Positions 10,592 through 20,878 are shown, counted from the stretch's first letter. The stretch is DNA of 64,000 bases from Omnitrophica WOR_2 bacterium GWF2_43_52 (GCA_001805445.1 MHGF01000029.1:68270-132269); one strand, 5' to 3'. The notes: generated by a model not told the origin, from the sequence alone. Numbers and translations: made by a program.

Positions 10592-11584
10592 ATGGTAAAA
10601 GTGTATTATGACAAAGACGCGGATGTGAACGTGTTAAAAGATAAAGTGATTGCCATTATCGGTTATGGAATTCAGGGAAGAGGCCAATCTTTATGCCTGA
10701 GGGATTCAGGCTGTAAAGTGATAGTTTCGGAAGTTGAGGGTACGCCTAATTACGAGCAGGCAAAGAAGGATGGGTTTAGCCCCTTGAGCGCAAAAGAGGC
10801 ATGCGCGAAGGCTGATATTATCCAAATTCTTACTCAAGACCATGTGCAGGCAAAGGTATACAAAGACGCGGTTGAGCCAAGCCTTAAAAAAGGTAAAGCT
10901 CTTTGTTTTTCGCACGGGTTTAATATCCATTTTAAACAGATTGTTCCGCCAAAGGATGTGGATGTGTTTATGATTGCCCCGAAAGGGCCGGGCGCTTTGG
11001 TAAGGAGGATGTATGAGGAAGATAAAGGAGTCCCGTCGTTAGTCGCGATTTATCAAAATGCAAGCTCTCAAGCGCTGAATATAGCCCTTGCCTATGCCAA
11101 GGCATTAAAGGCAACGAAGGCCGGGGTAATTGAAACTACTTTTGAGGAAGAAACCGAGACAGACCTTTTCGGGGAGCAGGCGGTGCTTTGCGGAGGAGTT
11201 ACCGAATTAATCAAGGCTGGTTTTGATACGCTTATCGATGCCGGATACCAACCGGAAATTGCCTATTTTGAGGTTTTGCACGAGCTTAAGCTTATTACCG
11301 ATCTGATTCAGGAGCGGGGTATCAGCGGAATGCGCAGGGGGGTTTCTAATACCGCCTGCTACGGAGACTTAACCCGAGGCCCGCGAGTTATCAATAAAGA
11401 AACGCGCAAAGAGATGAAGAAAATCTTAAAGGAGATTCGGACAGGCGCATTTGCTAAGGAATGGATCAAAGAGAATGAACGGGGAAGGCCCAATTTCAAT
11501 AAGCTTATGCAAGAAGGCGATAATCACCCCATCGAAAAAGTGGGGGCGCAATTGCGTGAAATGATGCCGTGGATGAAAAAATAG
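10592..11584 (+). CDS. ilvC: Ketol-acid reductoisomerase
   Basis: [34 protein letters not shown]. Start moved to the ATG at 10592: an AGAAAGGGG RBS precedes it, and the track start at 10523 lies inside repeat B copy 3. Confidence 0.9.
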   Translation: MVKVYYDKDADVNVLKDKVIAIIGYGIQGRGQSLCLRDSGCKVIVSEVEGTPNYEQAKKDGFSPLSAKEACAKADIIQILTQDHVQAKVYKDAVEPSLKKGKALCFSHGFNIHFKQIVPPKDVDVFMIAPKGPGALVRRMYEEDKGVPSLVAIYQNASSQALNIALAYAKALKATKAGVIETTFEEETETDLFGEQAVLCGGVTELIKAGFDTLIDAGYQPEIAYFEVLHELKLITDLIQERGISGMRRGVSNTACYGDLTRGPRVINKETRKEMKKILKEIRTGAFAKEWIKENERGRPNFNKLMQEGDNHPIEKVGAQLREMMPWMKK

Positions 11585-11616
11585 CGCTAGGGTTAAAGAG
11601 GCTTTAAACGGATAAG

Positions 11617-13575
11617 ATGAAAAAATGGTTAGGGATAACCTTGGTTTTGGCGCTTGGGTCGGCTGCGGTTTTTTATTATTATAGTATATCGCGCCAACCA
11701 AAGATTAGTTCTTTAGAAAGCTTGGTTCCTGACGACGCGCTTTACTATGTGTATGCGTATAATCCCGCCGAAAAAATAAAAAATATTTCCTCTTCCTCGT
11801 TTTTTCGTCAGTTATCAGCATCTTCGGTGTATGAGAAAAGTATCAAACCCCAGATAGAGAAGCTACGTGCAAAGGTTCCTTTTCTAGCCGATTTTACCCA
11901 GCGTGATACGGCTCTTGCGGTCTTTTCTCTGGGAGGGGAAAAGATCTCCGCTGCGGAGAGTGGCATTGGAGATTTTCTTCTCTTAACGCGCGTGGATAAC
12001 AAAAAACATGTACGCGTCAAAAAGGCAATTGCTGATTTCTATCTTTTGTTTACAACCAAAGATAAGAGTGCGCATAAAAAATACAAGGGAATAAGTATCA
12101 CCAGTTATACTTTGCCTGCTTTAGCAATGTCCGTGCACGCTGCCCTTATCAGCGATGTAATGATTGTCTGTAATAGCAAGCTGTATATTGAAAAAAGCAT
12201 CGATTTATTCAGGGATAAAGAGCATCATGGCAGCCTGCTTACCGCGTCCGATTTCCAGAATGCTACCTCAAAAATCAAAAAAGACGCTTTATGCTGGGGC
12301 TACAGCAATACCAAACGCTATTATCAGGAAATTCTGCATCACTACGCGTCTAATAGGCTTGGCTCACAGCAGTCTAAAGAAAAATCCATAGAATCGTTTG
12401 CCGCTATGAAGCCGATGGTAGAGCTTATGGATACGTTTGGCGGCCAGGCATTTTATATCGATTATGCTGAGGCGAGGGCCGGTTTTGTCTTTAAATCATA
12501 TGCCCTGCTTAACAAGAACGCCGGTGAGGCCGGTTTACTTGAGGGTATCATTTCCGATAAAGGGGTGGACCCGCGGGTGAATTCGCTTGTGCCCAGGGCG
12601 CCTATCCTCTATTACGCGGGCAGTCAGAATTTCCCTGCTAGCTGGATATTTTTAAAGAAGTTTTATTCTTCCTTTCAGGAGATGCTAAGAGCAGAGATGA
12701 AAAATGACCCCCGTTACCAAGGGCATACAGGCCAGTTAGAAAACATGAGCTTTGAGGCCGTGTTGAAAACGGTGGAGTCGTTTTTAGGGGTGAATATAGA
12801 GAATGATATCGTTTCTTTATTGGGAAATAATTTTGGAATGGTGCTGGTTGATTTGAAAGAGAGTAATATCCGGCAGGGTGTTTCAGGATTAGAGCCTGTA
12901 GCAGAGCACAGTGTAGGCGCGGCTATGGTATTGCCGCAATTCTATATCTTTTGTGAAGTAAAGGACAGCGTTAAAACACAGGCAGTGTTAACACAAGCGC
13001 TTGAGCATCTTTTGGATACCGCGAACGCGTTCGTGCAGCAGATAGAAAAGGCGCAGGCGCAGCAGGCTCATGAACAGGCTGTACAGGGAGTCCAGACGCA
13101 AAAGCCTCTCTTGGCGTTAAAGAGTGATGACTATGGCGGCGTATCTATCTACAGTATCGATATCCCTGGTTTTCCCATAGAGGAGCTTAAGGTAAACTAT
13201 TGTGTTGTGGATACGTATGTTATTTTTTCATTATCTCCAGACGTAACCAAAAGAGCCATCGATGTCTATAAGCATACGCTGGGTTCTTTTGATTCAAACC
13301 TGTATTTTGAAACTGTAAAGGCTACTTTGGGTGAATCTTATTCTTACATGCTCTATTTTGATGTAACACGGTTACTCGATAATCTGAGATTAATAAAATC
13401 CTTTAGACAATGGAAAAATAGCCTTACACCAAATACAAGGGTTGATTTTTCAAAGGAAGACATTGATGGCCTTTTAGGTATAGCTAGTAACATCAAGGCG
13501 TTAACGATGGCCTATACCTTATCCGAAGGCAAGTTCCTGGAATCTTCGGGATATATAGAGATAGAAGGGTTGTAA
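11617..13575 (+). CDS. Membrane-anchored protein of unknown function (single N-terminal TM, large extracytoplasmic domain)
   Basis: 652-aa ORF with N-terminal LGITLVLALGSAAVFYYY. No recognisable catalytic motifs. Inserted between ilvC and leuA. Confidence 0.6.
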   Translation: MKKWLGITLVLALGSAAVFYYYSISRQPKISSLESLVPDDALYYVYAYNPAEKIKNISSSSFFRQLSASSVYEKSIKPQIEKLRAKVPFLADFTQRDTALAVFSLGGEKISAAESGIGDFLLLTRVDNKKHVRVKKAIADFYLLFTTKDKSAHKKYKGISITSYTLPALAMSVHAALISDVMIVCNSKLYIEKSIDLFRDKEHHGSLLTASDFQNATSKIKKDALCWGYSNTKRYYQEILHHYASNRLGSQQSKEKSIESFAAMKPMVELMDTFGGQAFYIDYAEARAGFVFKSYALLNKNAGEAGLLEGIISDKGVDPRVNSLVPRAPILYYAGSQNFPASWIFLKKFYSSFQEMLRAEMKNDPRYQGHTGQLENMSFEAVLKTVESFLGVNIENDIVSLLGNNFGMVLVDLKESNIRQGVSGLEPVAEHSVGAAMVLPQFYIFCEVKDSVKTQAVLTQALEHLLDTANAFVQQIEKAQAQQAHEQAVQGVQTQKPLLALKSDDYGGVSIYSIDIPGFPIEELKVNYCVVDTYVIFSLSPDVTKRAIDVYKHTLGSFDSNLYFETVKATLGESYSYMLYFDVTRLLDNLRLIKSFRQWKNSLTPNTRVDFSKEDIDGLLGIASNIKALTMAYTLSEGKFLESSGYIEIEGL

Positions 13576-13580
13576 GCCAC

Positions 13581-15089
13581 GTGGAAAAAATAATTATTTT
13601 TGATACGACACTCAGAGACGGCGAGCAGGCTCCGGGAGCTTCTTTAAATCAGAAGGAAAAGCTGGATATTGCCTTTGCGCTTGAGAGGCTGGGAGTTGAT
13701 GTGATAGAGGCAGGGTTTCCTATTTCGAGCCCGGGAGATTTTGCCGCTGTTTCTCTGGTTGCAAAAGAAATCAAAAAATCTGCGGTCTGCGCCTTAGCGC
13801 GGGCTATCCCTAAAGATATTGATAGTGCCTTTCAGGCAACAAAAAAAGCACGCCAGGCGCGCATCCATGTATTTTTGGCGACATCGAAGATACATATGCG
13901 GTATAAGCTTAAAAAGGCTGAAGATGAAATCCTGCGTTTAGCGGTAAAAGCAGTCAAATACGCGCGGAATCTATGCGGAGATATTGAATTTTCTCCGGAA
14001 GATGCTTCGCGCACGGAAAGGGAATTTCTCTTTCGAGTTGTTGAAGCCGTAATTACCGCGGGTGCCAGGACAGTCAACATTCCCGATACGGTTGGCTACA
14101 GCGAGCCTTTTGAATATGGCAATGTGATAAAGTCTCTTAAGGAAAATGTTCCTAATATCAGCCGAGCCGTTATTTCGGTGCATTGTCATAATGATTTGGG
14201 CCTCGCGGTGGCTAATTCATTGGCGGCAGTTCAAAATGGCGCCCGGCAGGTGGAATGTACTATCAATGGAATCGGCGAGCGGGCGGGGAATGCCTCAATG
14301 GAGGAGATCGTCATGGGGCTCGTGGTGCGCCGAGACAGATTTAAAGCAAAGACTTCAATTAATGCCAGGGAGATTTATAAGACATCGCGCCTGGTGAGTA
14401 AATTGACCGGTTTTGTTATTGCCCCAAATAAGGCAATCGTGGGGCTTAACGCCTTCAGGCACGAGTCGGGAATCCACCAGGATGGTGTGTTAAAAAAAAG
14501 GGCTACGTACGAAATAATCCGCGCGGAAGATGTTGGCTTTAAGGTTGAAAGTTTGGTATTGGGAAAACACTCCGGACGCCATGCCTTTAAGGAAAGGCTT
14601 CTAAAGCTCGGCTACAAACCCAATGATCATGAGATAGATGAGGTATTTAAGAAATTTAAGGCCTTGGCAGATAAGAAAAAGCAGGTTTTTGACGATGATA
14701 TCATGGCGCTTATACAAGAGGAGATTGAAGGGAAGGTGCCTGAGGTCTGGCGCCTGAACACCTTTGTCATTAGCTCAGGTAATCGTATCCAGCCGAGCGC
14801 GCGGATACGCCTTGTTTTTAGAGGAAAGATTTTTGAGAACACCGCATCCGGGGATGGCCCCGTAGATGCCTGTTATAAGGCGATAGAGGGGATTACCCGC
14901 GTGAAATGCCAGCTTTTGGATTATAGTTTACAATCGGTGACCCGAGGTGAAGACGCCCAAGGAGAAGCGAGCGTGCGCCTCAGATGTAATGGTAAAGAAA
15001 TTTCCGGCAGGGCAAGTTCTACCGATATTATAGAGGCTTCAATAAGGGCGTATTTGCAGGCGATTAACAAAATAGTCTTTGCAAAATAA
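13581..15089 (+). CDS. leuA: 2-isopropylmalate synthase
   Basis: IIFDTTLRDGEQAPGASL and the HCHNDLGLAVANSLAAV motif. C-terminal LeuA dimerisation/regulatory domain present. GTG start. Confidence 0.92.
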   Translation: MEKIIIFDTTLRDGEQAPGASLNQKEKLDIAFALERLGVDVIEAGFPISSPGDFAAVSLVAKEIKKSAVCALARAIPKDIDSAFQATKKARQARIHVFLATSKIHMRYKLKKAEDEILRLAVKAVKYARNLCGDIEFSPEDASRTEREFLFRVVEAVITAGARTVNIPDTVGYSEPFEYGNVIKSLKENVPNISRAVISVHCHNDLGLAVANSLAAVQNGARQVECTINGIGERAGNASMEEIVMGLVVRRDRFKAKTSINAREIYKTSRLVSKLTGFVIAPNKAIVGLNAFRHESGIHQDGVLKKRATYEIIRAEDVGFKVESLVLGKHSGRHAFKERLLKLGYKPNDHEIDEVFKKFKALADKKKQVFDDDIMALIQEEIEGKVPEVWRLNTFVISSGNRIQPSARIRLVFRGKIFENTASGDGPVDACYKAIEGITRVKCQLLDYSLQSVTRGEDAQGEASVRLRCNGKEISGRASSTDIIEASIRAYLQAINKIVFAK

Positions 15090-15139
15090 GCTTTTTTCAC
15101 GGCGATAGTCAGATTCTTGCTTATGTTAATGGTATTTGG

Positions 15140-15305
15140 TGCTAGTACACCGTTAGATTAGTTTTTATTAGTGTAACGGTGTACTAAAAGGAGCGTGGGG
15201 AAAAATTTCCCCTACGATTGAGGGGTGCTCATCCGCCGTAGGCGGAGAACGCCGAAGCCCCACAAAAGGCGGGATTAGCGGAAGTGCGGAGTTAACTTCG
15301 CTATA
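15140..15305. repeat. Structured dispersed repeat (MITE-like) related to the elements at 18.4-18.8 kb
   Basis: IR agtacaccgtta ... taacggtgtact. Palindromes ggggaaaaatttcccc and tccgccgtaggcgga. Shares the tagtacaccgt and ccgcc-N-ggcgg motifs with 18.5-18.7 kb. Confidence 0.55.
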
Positions 15306-15337
15306 CTACTAAGAATTAAGTTGACAGAGCACTAGGC

Positions 15338-15790
15338 ATGGATTCACCATACAGATTAAAGAAATGGTTCGTTCTTCTCGCAGTTTTTGCTTCTCTACTG
15401 TTTATTGCAAGTAAAAATCTGCAGCAGGATGGAAAAGATTTGCTGGAAACTGTTAATATTTATCTTGCTAATATAGGCACGGCATTATACCCTGAAAGAA
15501 GAATACCTATTTTCCTTTCTGATAGAGAAGAAAGTTTAAGAGGAATAATAGGTGAACCTTTTATCAGTTTTCAGCAGGAAGACTGGAAAAACTTCTGGAA
15601 TATACTTTATGGGGTGTTTCCCCTAGAACATCCAGAGAATACCCGTTTGCCTACAAAAGTAAGGCAACTTACTTTTGCTGAAATTGAGCTGCGTTTGAAA
15701 GAGGAGTATCCTATTCTTAATGATTTTTATCAAGAGCAGTGGCAACAGTTTTTGCAAATAGCGTTTGGTAAAAAGCTTGAGCGTGAATGA
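15338..15790 (+). CDS. Small membrane-anchored hypothetical protein
   Basis: 150 aa with N-terminal TM WFVLLAVFASLLFIA. Stop overlaps the aroE start (ATGA). Confidence 0.5.
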   Translation: MDSPYRLKKWFVLLAVFASLLFIASKNLQQDGKDLLETVNIYLANIGTALYPERRIPIFLSDREESLRGIIGEPFISFQQEDWKNFWNILYGVFPLEHPENTRLPTKVRQLTFAEIELRLKEEYPILNDFYQEQWQQFLQIAFGKKLERE

Positions 15791-16638
15791 AAATGGAAAA
15801 CTCTCCCTCTCTCTACGGCTTGATAGGATATCCGGTTACCCATAGTTTATCCCCGGCTATGCATAATGCCGCATTTAAGAAGTTAAAGCTCAATGCGGTG
15901 TATATGCTTTTTGAGAAATCAAAAGAAGAATTTTCTGGGGCGCTTACGCAATTAAAACTCATGAAGGTAGCCGGATTCAATGTTACCGTTCCTTATAAGG
16001 AAATGGTTATTCCCTATGTGGATGAGTTGGATAGCCTGGCCAAACAAATCGGAGCGGTAAATACTGTCGTTAATACAAGAGGCCGGTATATCGGCTATAA
16101 TACGGATGCCGCGGGCTTTATTGCCTCTCTTAAAAACGATTTGAAATTTAGCCCGAGGGCAAAAAATGTGTTTATTATAGGCTCCGGAGGCGCTGCCAGG
16201 GCAATAGGTTTCGCGTTAGCCAAAGAAAAGGCCAGCACGATTGTTTTCTATGATGTGGCAGCGGCTAAGGCCAAACAATTATCAAGGGCTATTCAGAACG
16301 CGTTTCCAGCGTGCAGGGCTTCGGCAGCGGAGTCTGCTAACTCTGATGCGTTGTCCGTAAGTGATTTATTAGTGAATGCGTCTGTCTGCGGTATGAAGAA
16401 AAACGATCCTCTCCCTATTAATACCGCGCTCTTGCCTAAAAGTATGGCTGTGTATGATATTATCTATAATCCTTCACCAACGAAGTTAATCAAAAAAATA
16501 AGAGCACAAGGTATGCGAGGGTGTAACGGCTTAGGGATGTTGCTTTACCAGGGAACCGCGGCATTTGAGCTCTGGACTAAGCGTAAGGCTCCTCTTGCTA
16601 CGATGCGTAACGCGTTAGTAAGGGCGTCACATCAATAA
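15787..16638 (+). CDS. aroE: Shikimate dehydrogenase
   Basis: LYGLIGYPVTHSLSPAMHNAAF and the Rossmann motif GSGGAARA. Confidence 0.88.
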   Translation: MKMENSPSLYGLIGYPVTHSLSPAMHNAAFKKLKLNAVYMLFEKSKEEFSGALTQLKLMKVAGFNVTVPYKEMVIPYVDELDSLAKQIGAVNTVVNTRGRYIGYNTDAAGFIASLKNDLKFSPRAKNVFIIGSGGAARAIGFALAKEKASTIVFYDVAAAKAKQLSRAIQNAFPACRASAAESANSDALSVSDLLVNASVCGMKKNDPLPINTALLPKSMAVYDIIYNPSPTKLIKKIRAQGMRGCNGLGMLLYQGTAAFELWTKRKAPLATMRNALVRASHQ

Positions 16639-16649
16639 GGCGAAAATGT

Positions 16650-16690
16650 GGGTCAATAGTCTATAGACTATTGACCATAGACCATCGACG
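16650..16690. repeat. Fold-back k-mer array family C (GTCAATAG / CTATTGAC / TAGACTA units), copy 1
   Basis: ggtcaatagtctatagactattgaccatagaccatcgac. A larger copy lies at 22.67 kb. Confidence 0.7.
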
Positions 16691-16704
16691 AGCATGTTTT
16701 TAAT

Positions 16705-17526
16705 ATGACCATGGAAAATTCCATTAACGTATTTGTTTTTTTATTAGGCAGTATTTTTGGCAGTTTTTTAAACGTTTGTATCTTCCGGATGCCTTCGGAA
16801 GGGTATTCCTTGGTTCGCCCTTCTTCGCACTGCCCGCTCTGTAAGAAATCGATTCTTTGGTTTGATAATATTCCTATCATAAGTTTTCTTTTTCTCAAAG
16901 GCAGATGCCGGTATTGCCGGGAACGGATATCATTTCAATATCCTTTGATAGAAGCATTAACCGCAGTTATCTTTCTCGCCGGATATGCCCACTACGGCCT
17001 GTCATTTAATTTCTTCGTGTATGCGGTATTTGCCTGCGGCCTTATCGTTGCTACGTTCATTGATATCAGATGGCGTATTATTCCTGACGAAATTTCGTTG
17101 GGAGGGATAGTGGTTGGCATACTCTTCGCGCTTATTAAAAGCCTTCCTCACCTTAAGAAAATAACGCAGAGCCCTTTAATGGATTCTGTGATTGGCGCGC
17201 TTGTCGGAGGGGCATTGATTTATGGAAGCGGCCTTTTGGGGAACCTTATCATTTTTAAGCTGATGAAGAAAGGGCCCATAGAAGGCGAAACCGAATCTAT
17301 GGGCGGCGGAGATGTCAAGCTCTTGGCAATGATCGGCAGTTTTATCGGCTGGAAGCTTACTGTCCTCACCTTTTTTATTGCCCCTTTTTTTGGCGCGGTA
17401 GTAGGCGTCTATATTTTACTTTTAAAGAAAAGCCACTTGATCCCTTATGGGCCGTTTCTTTCATTAGCGGCACTTATATCTCTTTTCTGGGGTAAAGATA
17501 TCCTGCGTTTTTTCTTTCCCTACTAA
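16705..17526 (+). CDS. pilD: Prepilin peptidase (A24 family, type IV)
   Basis: N-terminal zinc-binding CPLC...CRYC pair. Multiple TM segments and the conserved aspartyl-protease region. 273 aa. Confidence 0.85.
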   Translation: MTMENSINVFVFLLGSIFGSFLNVCIFRMPSEGYSLVRPSSHCPLCKKSILWFDNIPIISFLFLKGRCRYCRERISFQYPLIEALTAVIFLAGYAHYGLSFNFFVYAVFACGLIVATFIDIRWRIIPDEISLGGIVVGILFALIKSLPHLKKITQSPLMDSVIGALVGGALIYGSGLLGNLIIFKLMKKGPIEGETESMGGGDVKLLAMIGSFIGWKLTVLTFFIAPFFGAVVGVYILLLKKSHLIPYGPFLSLAALISLFWGKDILRFFFPY

Positions 17527-17532
17527 CCTGTC

Positions 17533-18339
17533 ATGGAAGAGCCTTCCCGCCACAATACAGAAGAATCCGCTCAAGGTTTTCATGATGTTTCAGAAGGGCC
17601 GGTAGCCTTCGCTGAAGAAAAAAATGAGCGCCTGCAGCATTCCTTTTCGAAAAAAGTCGGTAAGGCGATTTTTGATTACAACATGATTGATGAGGGCGAC
17701 AGGATTCTCGTTGCCGTATCCGGAGGGAAAGATTCTTTAGCCCTTCTTAATATTTTGCACTCTCGACTTAGCTTCAGCCCTATACGCTATAGCGTGATTG
17801 CTGTGCACGTTGATTTAGGGTATCAGTGCGTGCATCCAAAAATATTGGAAACGTATTTCGCGCGCTATGGCTATGAATATAAAATAGTAACGGTCGATAT
17901 CTTAGAGGGCGGCTGTAAATCCCGTAAGGATATTAGCTGTTTCTGGTGTTCATGGAATAAGCGAAAAGCCGTTTTTGAAACCGCAAAGGCGCTTAGCTGT
18001 AATAAAGTTGCCTTCGGCCACCATAAAGATGATATTGCCGAAACCATTCTTATGAATATGTTTTTTAATTCAGAGATTTCGGGAATGAACCCTAAACAGG
18101 TTCTTTTCAACGGGGAGCTTACCTTGATCCGTCCTCTTGCGTATATCGATGAGAGTGAAGTTGCCGCTTTTGCCAGAACACAGGCATTTCCGGAGCATGT
18201 TTGCTCCTGCCCCAACCATGCTACTACTAGGCGTAATGAGGCCGCTAAAGTTATCCAGATGATAGAAAAATCATGCCCTGAGGTAAGGACGAATATCGTT
18301 GGTTCCCTTAAGCGCATTAAAAAAGACTATATCCTTTAA
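17533..18339 (+). CDS. PP-loop ATPase, tRNA 2-thiocytidine synthase (TtcA)-like
   Basis: SGGKDS PP-loop motif. Cys pairs CxxC (CFWCSW) and C..CPNH, typical of the TtcA/TtuA tRNA thiolase family. Confidence 0.7.
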   Translation: MEEPSRHNTEESAQGFHDVSEGPVAFAEEKNERLQHSFSKKVGKAIFDYNMIDEGDRILVAVSGGKDSLALLNILHSRLSFSPIRYSVIAVHVDLGYQCVHPKILETYFARYGYEYKIVTVDILEGGCKSRKDISCFWCSWNKRKAVFETAKALSCNKVAFGHHKDDIAETILMNMFFNSEISGMNPKQVLFNGELTLIRPLAYIDESEVAAFARTQAFPEHVCSCPNHATTRRNEAAKVIQMIEKSCPEVRTNIVGSLKRIKKDYIL

Positions 18340-18399
18340 GTCAACCGCAGGTTAGCGCTTTCTCAATACTACGGGTTGTTGGTTATAAGAGAAAATACA

Positions 18400-18800
18400 G
18401 TAGTGCATTGTTACATAAGTTCTTTGATAGATATGATGGTAAAAATGGGTCCTGTCCAGGTTATGTTTTCGCGGGGACGTTCGGCTTGCTCCTGCGGCAA
18501 GCCTCACTCGGCGTAAATTTCTGCGCTCCGCCTGCGGCGGAGTCCAAGCCGCAGAAATTTCCGTACGCCCCGCTCAAACACAACCCGGCCACCCATTTTT
18601 ACAGCTATTTTAAGAAACTTATGTAACAATGTAGTAGTACACCGTGACATAAATTTCTGTTATATAGGGTGGAGATCCTGTCAAGGTTATGTCTTCGCCC
18701 GCCTGCGGCGAGGCTCACACATAACCTTGCCACCCCCGCTTTCAAGATAGAGCGCGGTAGCATGAATTTATGTCATAACGCCGTAGTACCAAGGTTTTAT
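18400..18800. repeat. Composite MITE-like repeat region (two adjacent related elements)
   Basis: Element 1 (18408-18625) is bounded by IR tgttacataagttcttt / aagaaacttatgtaaca and contains gaaatttctgcg...cgcagaaatttc and ccgcctgcggcgg. Element 2 (about 18635-18800) is bounded by gtgacataaattt / aaatttatgtca and carries a shortened copy of the element-1 core (cctgtcaaggttatgtcttcgc...). Confidence 0.6.
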
Positions 18801-18837
18801 CTTGAGAAAGCCGGTGGTATAATAAAAAAGATGAGGT

Positions 18838-19812
18838 ATGATGTGGTTAAATAGCGTATTATTTTTGTTATCTGTTGTTATTATCGCGCTTTTATTTTTT
18901 AAAATTTCCGCGCAGACTAACGCGCAGCTGCATGCCGTTACGGCACAGCTTAACGAACGCCTGAAAGAGATGTCTTTGGCAATTCAGGAAACACAGCGGG
19001 GCGTTGGCGAGCGCCTGGACACTACTGCCGGCATTATCGGCAACCTTCAGAACAGCTTAGGAAAGCTCGAGCAGACAAATAACCAGATATTTGAAATAAG
19101 CAAGGACATCTCCGGCTTGCAGGATTTATTGCGGGCGCCTAAATTTCGAGGGGAGATGGGAGAGACTATGCTCGGGAATTTACTATCACAGGTATTACCC
19201 AAGGACCATTACAGGATGCAATATTCGTTTAAATCCGGCGAGACCGTTGACGCGGTTATCTTTTTGGGCGCTAACCTTGTTACCATCGACGCGAAATTCC
19301 CTTATGAAAATTTCAAGGCCGCGGCGGCGGCAGCCAATGATGAGCAGAGGACCCTGTACACTAAAAAATTCGTCAATGATGTGAAGAACCGTATCAACGA
19401 AATCGCTTCCAAATACATTGTTCCTGACGAAGGAACCTTTGACTTCGCGCTGATGTATATTCCCGCGGAAAATGTATACTATGAGGCAACCATAAAGCAG
19501 GAGCTCTTAAGTTATGCCCTCATCAAGCGAGTCATCCCTGTTTCTCCAAATACTTTCTATGCTTATTTACAGGTGATTTGCCTGGGGCTCAAGGGGCTGC
19601 AGGTTGAGCAGAACGCCAAAGAAATTCTCGCGCATTTAGGCCGGTTGCAACAGGATCTACTACGCTTTAGCGAAGATTTTCGTCTTGTTGGTTCGCATAT
19701 TAAGAATGCCCTGCAGAAATACGCAGATGCCGAAAAACGCTTGGATAAATTTCAGGATAAATTGGATCTTTCTCCCTCAGGAATGAATACGGGCATTGAA
19801 GCCAAAGGATGA
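18838..19812 (+). CDS. rmuC: DNA recombination protein RmuC
   Basis: N-terminal TM, long coiled-coil and a C-terminal RmuC nuclease-like region. 324 aa. Confidence 0.8.
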   Translation: MMWLNSVLFLLSVVIIALLFFKISAQTNAQLHAVTAQLNERLKEMSLAIQETQRGVGERLDTTAGIIGNLQNSLGKLEQTNNQIFEISKDISGLQDLLRAPKFRGEMGETMLGNLLSQVLPKDHYRMQYSFKSGETVDAVIFLGANLVTIDAKFPYENFKAAAAAANDEQRTLYTKKFVNDVKNRINEIASKYIVPDEGTFDFALMYIPAENVYYEATIKQELLSYALIKRVIPVSPNTFYAYLQVICLGLKGLQVEQNAKEILAHLGRLQQDLLRFSEDFRLVGSHIKNALQKYADAEKRLDKFQDKLDLSPSGMNTGIEAKG

Positions 19813-20033
19813 TTCTTAAGGTTAAAGTTATCCCAAGGGCAAGGCGTAATGATATTAAGCTCTTGGGCGAAGATTCATTAAAGATCCATCTTGTCGCGCC
19901 GGCAGTAAGCAATAAAGCTAATGAGGCATTAGTTGAAATACTCGCTCACTATTACACGGTTAAGAAGAACCAGGTGTGGATAGTTCGTGGGAAGCATTCG
20001 CGGAATAAAGTAGTGGAGATCAATGCGAGGTAG
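19809..20033 (+). CDS. yggU: DUF167/YggU family protein
   Basis: 74 aa. LKVKVIPRARRNDI...HLVAPAVSNKANEALVEILA. Confidence 0.7.
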   Translation: MILKVKVIPRARRNDIKLLGEDSLKIHLVAPAVSNKANEALVEILAHYYTVKKNQVWIVRGKHSRNKVVEINAR

Positions 20034-20043
20034 TAACATGTTA

Positions 20044-20182
20044 GAATCGGGTATTGGGAAATCAGGAGATTAGGATTTGGAGATTGGGAAATTGGAAGAT
20101 TAGAAAAAAACCGGCATTTAGTTCCTAATATCCTGATTCCCTGATTACCAAATCCTAATTCCCCGATCTCCCGATTTCCGTA
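20044..20182. repeat. Fold-back k-mer array family A, copy 2
   Basis: gtagtaacatgttagaatcgggtattgggaaatcaggagattaggatttggagattggg ... cctaatatcctgattccctgattaccaaatcctaattccccgatctcccgatttcc. Confidence 0.75.
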
Positions 20183-20225
20183 TTTAACATGGTTAAATTA
20201 CCATATAGTATAGGAGGATAAAGGT

Positions 20226-20771
20226 ATGGGCAAAAAGGTGATGGGCGTAATGTTTTTTTTATTAACCTTTATTTTGGGAGGGCAGATAATGGCGCAGGCA
20301 CAGCAAAAAGTCGTCTTAGAAACAAATCAGGGAAATATCGTGATAAAGCTTTTTCCTGATGTCGCGCCAAAGACCGTTGAAAATTTTACCGGTTTGGTTA
20401 AGAAAGGCTATTATAACGGTATTATTTTTCACAGGGTAATTAAAAGTTTTATGATTCAAGGCGGAGATCCTACCGGAACAGGCATGGGAGGAGAATCGAT
20501 CTGGGGTAAGCCGTTTGAGGATGAGGTTTCAAAGGATGTCGTGTTTGACCGTAAAGGCCTGCTAGCTATGGCGAACGCCGGCCCAAATACCAATGGCAGC
20601 CAGTTTTTTATTACGACCGCGGCTACCCCGTGGCTTACTATGCGCCATACGATTTTTGGCGAGGTAGTAGAAGGATATGAGGTAGTTGAAAAAATAGAAA
20701 ATTGCCAGACCGGCCCTTCTGATAAGCCTGCTTCTGAACAGAAGATTATCAAGGCGTATATACAGGAATAA
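20226..20771 (+). CDS. Peptidyl-prolyl cis-trans isomerase, cyclophilin type, exported
   Basis: Signal peptide. [15 protein letters not shown] and [14 protein letters not shown] cyclophilin signatures. Confidence 0.9.
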   Translation: MGKKVMGVMFFLLTFILGGQIMAQAQQKVVLETNQGNIVIKLFPDVAPKTVENFTGLVKKGYYNGIIFHRVIKSFMIQGGDPTGTGMGGESIWGKPFEDEVSKDVVFDRKGLLAMANAGPNTNGSQFFITTAATPWLTMRHTIFGEVVEGYEVVEKIENCQTGPSDKPASEQKIIKAYIQE

Positions 20772-20850
20772 CCAATAACCAAACAAAAACGGGTGAATTA
20801 CAAGAAGTCTGTTTATTGGCTATTGGGTATTGGAGTTTATTTGGTGTTTG
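20772..20850. repeat. Fold-back k-mer array family F (CCAATA / TATTGG / TTGGTG units)
   Basis: accaataaccaaacaaa ... tctgtttattggctattgggtattggagtttatttggtgtttgagatttggtgattgg. Confidence 0.6.
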
Positions 20851-20878
20851 AGATTTGGTGATTGGTAATTGCGATACA

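Noticed and set aside
15100-15337. Known housekeeping ncRNA (tmRNA, RNase P RNA, 6S, SRP) in the 250-bp gap after leuA
   Set aside because: None of the conserved motifs of those RNAs is present. The sequence shares motifs with the 18.4-18.8 kb repeat elements instead.
18408-18854. ORFs 18408..18626 (72 aa) and 18669..18854 (61 aa) as protein genes
   Set aside because: They coincide exactly with MITE-like inverted-repeat elements and have no RBS. The peptides are low-complexity.
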